64,000 nucleotides of DNA from positions 1-64,000 of the forward strand of contig CAZUFC010000034.1 of the NCBI GenBank assembly GCA_964619725.1. The letters run 5' to 3'. This document shows, piece by piece, positions 58,793 to 64,000 of this stretch (position 1 is its first letter; every line of letters begins with the position of its first letter). The position numbers and the translations under genes are program-made. Below the pieces are notes generated by a model. The model had not been told where the DNA came from. It did no database searches and worked only from the letters and a program-made list of their open reading frames with translations. The stretch is from an uncultured bacterium (GTDB taxonomy: Bacteria > CSSED10-310 > CAZUFC01).

Positions 58793-59294
58793 AAATTTTT
58801 TCCTCCTTTTTTTCGCCTGAATCTGACATTACTTCGGTTCAATAATTCAAAAATCAGCATAAACGGCCCATCAATCCGGTAATCCTGTTAATATCCGTAG
58901 GTCGACTATGATGATGCGGATATGAAAATTCTCAAGCTAAGGCGGGCCGCTGTCGGCAAGATACATTCCTGAAGCGACTGCCGTACCGTATCCGGAATGA
59001 CCTCTCAACTCCCTCTCCAAAAGCTTCATATCCTCATAATCATAGCCGATGACGCCGTTTGCGCACCTTGACATTCATAATCAAGGATATCCCTGGTTAC
59101 GAACTGAATCCGTCATACCAGATTAAAAATGAAATGTAAAGCTCAATGCGCGAATGCGACAGATACTTTCACAAACGCCTGGATATCGATTGACGGCAGA
59201 TCGAATCCATGTGAGACTCACATGTCCGGGCAAACGTCATCAAGCACGGCAGACGCTCGCATGCAAAAATATGACTTCTGATGTTCTATACGTA

Positions 59295-60362
59295 TTAAAA
59301 TACTTCTCCCAAAGTCCAGGAATAGAGGTTATTTCTGAATACGGGTTCTCTGCTTCCGTCGGGATAGACGAAATCCATGTCCATAAAGATGGGATGCTCG
59401 GCCCAGATGGTATCGGGGAAGTGCTTTTTCGGACCGTAACCCCAGTGCATACCCATGGTTTTTTCATCGCCCACGTGAGTTCCGTTGCATCGGGCTTCTT
59501 CATTGACTCCCAGTCCCAGTTTCGTAATGACGGCCATATCGGGATTGACCGGATCGAGGATATGGTCGCGCTCTTTCTTCGCCTGGGGCCCGTCGCCGAT
59601 TATTTCAACTATGCGATTCTTTTCAATCCTGTAGACGACCAGTTCGTTGTCGATCAGCGCCGGCATCATGCCTTCGGTCCGGCTGTCGCCCATAACACCG
59701 CTCGCCGTTCCCGCATAAGGCGGTATATTGGCGCAGCCTGAAGGCAGATTGATGAATTCGCCAGGTCGATGAGCCTCCCCGTTTTCATTGAACTGATAAC
59801 GTTGTCCTCTCAGATCGAATCTGCAGAAGAATTTATCCTCTTCGTACCGGAAGAACATTTCGACGGATGAAGCACGCGCCATTTTGTGAGTCAAAATTTC
59901 AAAACGGAGGGGAATTTTGGAATAATCCGCGCGAAATCCCTCGAAATCTGCCGTGACTCCCGGAGCCGAAGCGAAGCGGAAATTCTGCCGCTGCAATTTT
60001 CCCAGCAGAACACCGGTAATAGACGGTCCGGTAATGGCTATAACGATGTCCTTTTCTCCCCAATCACCCATGATTTTATCCAGGTTGACGGATTTGCCCT
60101 GCAGATAACCGTCAGCATCAAAACCGGCAGGCGTGGGATCGCGAAGGTCCAGCGTCACGATCGGATTGACGGTGAAACCAATCTCCTCCGACAGCTCAAC
60201 CATCACCTTGTGCCACGCCTCGGTCATTTCTTTCCGGTGTTTCACTTCCTGACCGGCCTTCGATTCATCCCGCGGGTAGTCGTTAAGAAAAGTCACGTTC
60301 TCGCCGGGTTGCGGAGCGAAGGCATCCATGTAAAGTTTTTTCAGATCATAGGTCAAATGCAT
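59295..60362 (-). CDS. Divergent peptidase M29 (aminopeptidase T-like) fold protein
   Basis: NLPSG, LGLGVN and DEK..GMH.GYG motifs; ATG 60362 with AAAGGAG RBS (track start 60389). Confidence 0.65.
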   Translation of the reverse strand: MHLTYDLKKLYMDAFAPQPGENVTFLNDYPRDESKAGQEVKHRKEMTEAWHKVMVELSEEIGFTVNPIVTLDLRDPTPAGFDADGYLQGKSVNLDKIMGDWGEKDIVIAITGPSITGVLLGKLQRQNFRFASAPGVTADFEGFRADYSKIPLRFEILTHKMARASSVEMFFRYEEDKFFCRFDLRGQRYQFNENGEAHRPGEFINLPSGCANIPPYAGTASGVMGDSRTEGMMPALIDNELVVYRIEKNRIVEIIGDGPQAKKERDHILDPVNPDMAVITKLGLGVNEEARCNGTHVGDEKTMGMHWGYGPKKHFPDTIWAEHPIFMDMDFVYPDGSREPVFRNNLYSWTLGEVF

Positions 60363-60563
60363 TTCGGTTTCTCCTTTCATTAAGTTCACAGAAAACAGGA
60401 AAGTTGCGGCATTATAACTAAAAGTCTGAATTGTGACAATTAATTTGTCGCAATATATTTTCGAATTTTGTGAATAAGGTTGCGAGAAGATGTGTTTACG
60501 AGAGTAGTATCAACGTAATGGGAGTTTATTCAATTGGCTTTCAACCGGTGAAGGAGGACAAAA

Positions 60564-63500
60564 GTGAAACAGAGAACAATCGTTGCGATGATTGTCTTTT
60601 TGTTTGTGATGAAGGGCTCGGCGAGTTCGGAGGTATCCTGGACTGATCAGTCGAGTCCCTTAAGTTATGGAAACTTTAATGACGTTTATGTGACTGATCT
60701 GGATAAAAATGGGATCAAGGATATAATTGCTGCGAGTTCGGAGATATGGGGAGTATCGCAAGCTGAAGGCATACCGGTGTGGCTGGGAACAGCCATGAAT
60801 GACGGGACATTCGGCTGGGCGCTTTCCGAGGACAATTTTCCTTCCGGCAGATCGGCATCCATGCCGTTAGTCGACGAGTATAATGTCGGCAACGGCTGCA
60901 TGATGCGCGTAACCATAGGAAATCCTTTTACGGAAATATCCGATTGGGAGGCGATCTGCTCTGAGCCGGCTCATATTGAAACCGTAATAAGTCACGGCAG
61001 CGGCAATTGCACTATTGATCCGGAGGCAGAAGGCACGTTTGTGCATGAGATGTGGTGCAGGGACATGGATGCCTGGACCTGCCGTTACAATCAGAGTCAA
61101 GGCGCCTGGATCATAAGTTCCCAATATCATGGGACATTGAATTCTCGAGCCCATACCGATGAATTTTATACGAGTGATCTGGACATAATCGGCTTTACGA
61201 TTGAAAGCGAAGATGACCCTCCGGAAAACAACGACCAGATAACGTTTATTACGAGGACATCGGAATTTCTGATTTTAAACGCCCATGAAACGGAGGTCGA
61301 TACCGATCCTTCTCCGGGAATAACGGCCTGGCCGCATGCGAATACCGGCGGACCGTGGATGGATTGGCGACCGATACTCGGCTCATGGATACTGGCGGGA
61401 ACCGATAACTTCGAAACAGGGGATAAATTCACCTTTCACATTCCTGAAGGACCTCCGACGAATGATATCTACAATCAGGTACTTTCTGTCGACATTGATC
61501 TTGACGGCGATATGGATTTGATCGGCGCAGGAGAAGGCGGCATAAAAGTATTCATGCAGATGGGAGCGCGCGTTGGTCCTGTTATGTTTCTACCGGAGGG
61601 AGAAAGAATAAAGAATCAAAGCGAGCGTGAGTATGAAGTTGAAATTACTATAGCGAACCATTCTTCCATCACCACGGAATACTGGGTATTCACTTTCGAC
61701 TCTGAAGACTGGACGTGGGACATTGAATCGGAACTTTTCGGCGAAAATACGAGACCTGTTTATGAGCAAGGCACGTGGACGGGCAAAACGGATTACGGTC
61801 AGTTCACTTATGAGATAGAATCTTCAGGTGTTCCCTTTGACGGCGACAGATTAATTTTTTCGACCTACCATTTATCCTGGTCTGACGCTCAAATCGTGGA
61901 TTCTCAGGAGTCATATGCCGGTTTAACTGCATCGGACTTCAATAATGACGGTATGATTGACATAGCGGCATCGCCTGAGTCCGGAGGGATAGAAGTTTTT
62001 CTGAATGAAGCGCCTTACGGCTGGCAGCGAATGGAAAAGATACCTTCGTCGGATGCCGTTGCTGCTCTGGATTCTGCAGACATGAACAATGACGGAAAAA
62101 CCGATATCATAAGCGCCGGATTCACGGGCGGGATCAGCCTCTGGCCCGGAGACGGAACCGGCGGATTCGGTCCCGACCAGGGTCCTGCAGACGATAATGT
62201 TTATGATTCAGTCGATACAGGGGACATCAACAAGGACGGAATCGCCGACATTACGGCGGTTTCGGCCGACAACGGCATATACGTCTGGTATAGAGACAGT
62301 GAGGGTGAATGGTTTCAAGTCGCACGATCTTCACCGCCTTCAGCAGACCGCGATAACGTCGGCACGGGCACGATGAGCAGAATAACGACGAACAGCGCGA
62401 CCACGCTGACAGAAGGCTGGATGGCGGAATGTATAGAAGAACAGAAGGATGGAGGTTTTTTTCAGATAACAGGCACCAGGTCAGGCGTTATGGACAAATT
62501 AGCTGAAGTCGACGAACTTTATATTTCGGACGGCGGTGAGTTGCAATTCATGATATTTGACGGAGCGATCGATTTTGCGGTCGACGACCGGTTCACTTTT
62601 ACCACATCGAAAGGACCAGTCAGCAATCATCGATTCTCGAATGCTGTTCTCGCTGATTTAAACCAGGACTCGAATCCGGACATTTTTTCTGCCAGCGCTG
62701 ACGGTTTGGGCATTCGGATATGGAAAGGAAACGGAGGCTACGGCTGGCTCTCTGAAACTACACCCAAAGATTCAAGCAACTATTCGGATTGCGAAGCAGT
62801 GGATTTGAATTTCGACGGTAATCCCGACGTCGTGGCGGCAAGTTCCTCCTATGCCGGAATACAGGTCTGGCTCTCCAATAATGCCGATAAATATTCCTTT
62901 CAAGGCTGGACAGCGAAACCCGCAGCATCCGGACAATTTGCCAGAAACGCCATTGCCGATATAGACAATGACGGCATACAGGATATTGTTGCGGCGAACA
63001 TCGAACCTGACGGTGAAGGCATCTACATCTGGAAAGGCAATGGTCTGGGCGAATGGGAAAATGTCAACGGGCCTACCGAAGTCCCTCATTATTACTCGAC
63101 CGATACGGGAGACCTGAACCATGACGGTTTGGAAGATGTCATTGCCGGGCATTTCGAATCAGGCATCAGCGTATGGTTGAATACGATGGAAGGCGGATGG
63201 GGACTTGACGTCGGTCCCGCAGTTACGGGTTCCTATTGGGGGGTCAAGCTCGTCGACATTAACCGCGACGGCAATCTGGACATCCTGGGAGCCAAGGATT
63301 TCGACTACGAGACCGGAGGAGTCGTTTTTTATCTTGGAACAGGCGACGGAACATTCGGCTCTCCCATACCTTTGCCCGGCGCGGTTTACAATTTCTGGGA
63401 TGCTGATGCCGGAGATTTCGATCTGGACGGATTCATCGATATCGCCGCTGCCAAATATTCGGGAGACGGCGGAACTTTCGTCTGGTGGGGCGGCAAGGAT

Positions 63501-64000
63501 GGAATGAGAACGCAGTTTTACAATCCTGCGGTTATTTTCTCACCCGGAGGACACGATCATATCTACGGCATTGTCGTCGAAGACTTTAATTACGACGGAT
63601 TCGATGATTTCGCCATCGGTCAGGATGCAAACGGAATCAGTTATTTCCTCAGCGCCTGGAATAAAAACGGAAACGTTACATTTTTCAGCGGTTTTGTGGG
63701 CGGATTCAATCAAATCAGAAGCATAGATGCCGGCGACATCGATTTAGACTGCGACCTGGATATCGTCGCTGCAACCAAAGGAGGCGGAGTCCAATCTTAT
63801 CGCAATACCGTATACTATCCCGGCGGGGGCATTAGTTGGAGTCCTTTGTCGCACCCCACTACCACCGGCAATTATATCGGCGTATCACTGGCAGACATGA
63901 CTCAGGACGGATTACTCGATATCGTCGCTTCCTCTGAAGGATCAGGCGCTTCCGGCGTCAACGCCTGGCTGAACGCAAGAAACTTCGACATGATTACGGT
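60564..64000 (+). CDS. Secreted FG-GAP/VCBS repeat protein, 3'-truncated by the window and absent from the ORF track
   Basis: AAGGAGG RBS, GTG 60564. MKQRTIVAMIVFLFVMKGSASS signal-like segment, then DLDKNGIKDII, DFNNDGMIDI, DINKDGIADI, DLNHDGLEDV repeats. The same frame was open wherever I translated it, including the window end (...GVNAWLNARNFDMIT). Confidence 0.88.
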   Translation, partial: MKQRTIVAMIVFLFVMKGSASSEVSWTDQSSPLSYGNFNDVYVTDLDKNGIKDIIAASSEIWGVSQAEGIPVWLGTAMNDGTFGWALSEDNFPSGRSASMPLVDEYNVGNGCMMRVTIGNPFTEISDWEAICSEPAHIETVISHGSGNCTIDPEAEGTFVHEMWCRDMDAWTCRYNQSQGAWIISSQYHGTLNSRAHTDEFYTSDLDIIGFTIESEDDPPENNDQITFITRTSEFLILNAHETEVDTDPSPGITAWPHANTGGPWMDWRPILGSWILAGTDNFETGDKFTFHIPEGPPTNDIYNQVLSVDIDLDGDMDLIGAGEGGIKVFMQMGARVGPVMFLPEGERIKNQSEREYEVEITIANHSSITTEYWVFTFDSEDWTWDIESELFGENTRPVYEQGTWTGKTDYGQFTYEIESSGVPFDGDRLIFSTYHLSWSDAQIVDSQESYAGLTASDFNNDGMIDIAASPESGGIEVFLNEAPYGWQRMEKIPSSDAVAALDSADMNNDGKTDIISAGFTGGISLWPGDGTGGFGPDQGPADDNVYDSVDTGDINKDGIADITAVSADNGIYVWYRDSEGEWFQVARSSPPSADRDNVGTGTMSRITTNSATTLTEGWMAECIEEQKDGGFFQITGTRSGVMDKLAEVDELYISDGGELQFMIFDGAIDFAVDDRFTFTTSKGPVSNHRFSNAVLADLNQDSNPDIFSASADGLGIRIWKGNGGYGWLSETTPKDSSNYSDCEAVDLNFDGNPDVVAASSSYAGIQVWLSNNADKYSFQGWTAKPAASGQFARNAIADIDNDGIQDIVAANIEPDGEGIYIWKGNGLGEWENVNGPTEVPHYYSTDTGDLNHDGLEDVIAGHFESGISVWLNTMEGGWGLDVGPAVTGSYWGVKLVDINRDGNLDILGAKDFDYETGGVVFYLGTGDGTFGSPIPLPGAVYNFWDADAGDFDLDGFIDIAAAKYSGDGGTFVWWGGKDGMRTQFYNPAVIFSPGGHDHIYGIVVEDFNYDGFDDFAIGQDANGISYFLSAWNKNGNVTFFSGFVGGFNQIRSIDAGDIDLDCDLDIVAATKGGGVQSYRNTVYYPGGGISWSPLSHPTTTGNYIGVSLADMTQDGLLDIVASSEGSGASGVNAWLNARNFDMIT

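Noticed and set aside
58930-59030. Glycine-riboswitch-like GGAGAG...TCAGG words on the minus strand upstream of the oxidase genes
   Set aside because: The CCGAAG core and supporting stems could not be found.
1-64000. Taxonomic assignment (protein style recalls uncultured candidate-phylum genomes rich in P/T linkers and dockerin-like tails)
   Set aside because: No phylogenetic marker gene is in the window, so this cannot be supported from the sequence alone.

Overview
Bacterial chromosomal window, probably from a diderm (it encodes a FadL-type outer-membrane barrel), dominated by secreted, Pro/Thr-linker-rich surface proteins. Over half the window (1745-37969) is one uninterrupted ORF of ~12,070 aa. 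Its order is: signal peptide, DUF2341/LamG, TSP3-type Ca-binding repeats, 7 x ~460-aa propeller-like modules, 2 FG-GAP+Fn3 blocks, 6 x ~975-aa CARDB/Ig-like supermodules with invariant WFCTNRP and HxNGGHY motifs, a beta-helix, a dockerin-like plus cohesin-like pair, and a C-terminal membrane anchor. Five proteins in the window end in the same [IV]P[AV]-(G)-hydrophobic helix-basic tail signal, a variant of IPTL-CTERM, but no sortase gene lies in the window. The best candidate for an undescribed system is this family of anchored surface proteins around a giant dockerin/cohesin-bearing scaffold. The right part holds a secreted Ntn-hydrolase with a propeptide, a PIN/RHH toxin-antitoxin pair, DUF1684, DUF4412, TspO, a FadL-family barrel, a GlcD/GlcF-like oxidase pair, a divergent M29-like protein, and an FG-GAP protein missing from the ORF track that runs off the end. 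Intergenic DNA carries a dispersed ~150-210 bp element with a length-variable hexamer core, which supplies the stop codons of two genes, and a second family of small inverted-repeat elements. Third-codon-position usage flips from G/T at the 5' end to A/C at the 3' end of the giant gene. No rRNA, tRNA, CRISPR array, transposase or reverse transcriptase was seen. All family names come from motif recognition by eye; no searches were run.
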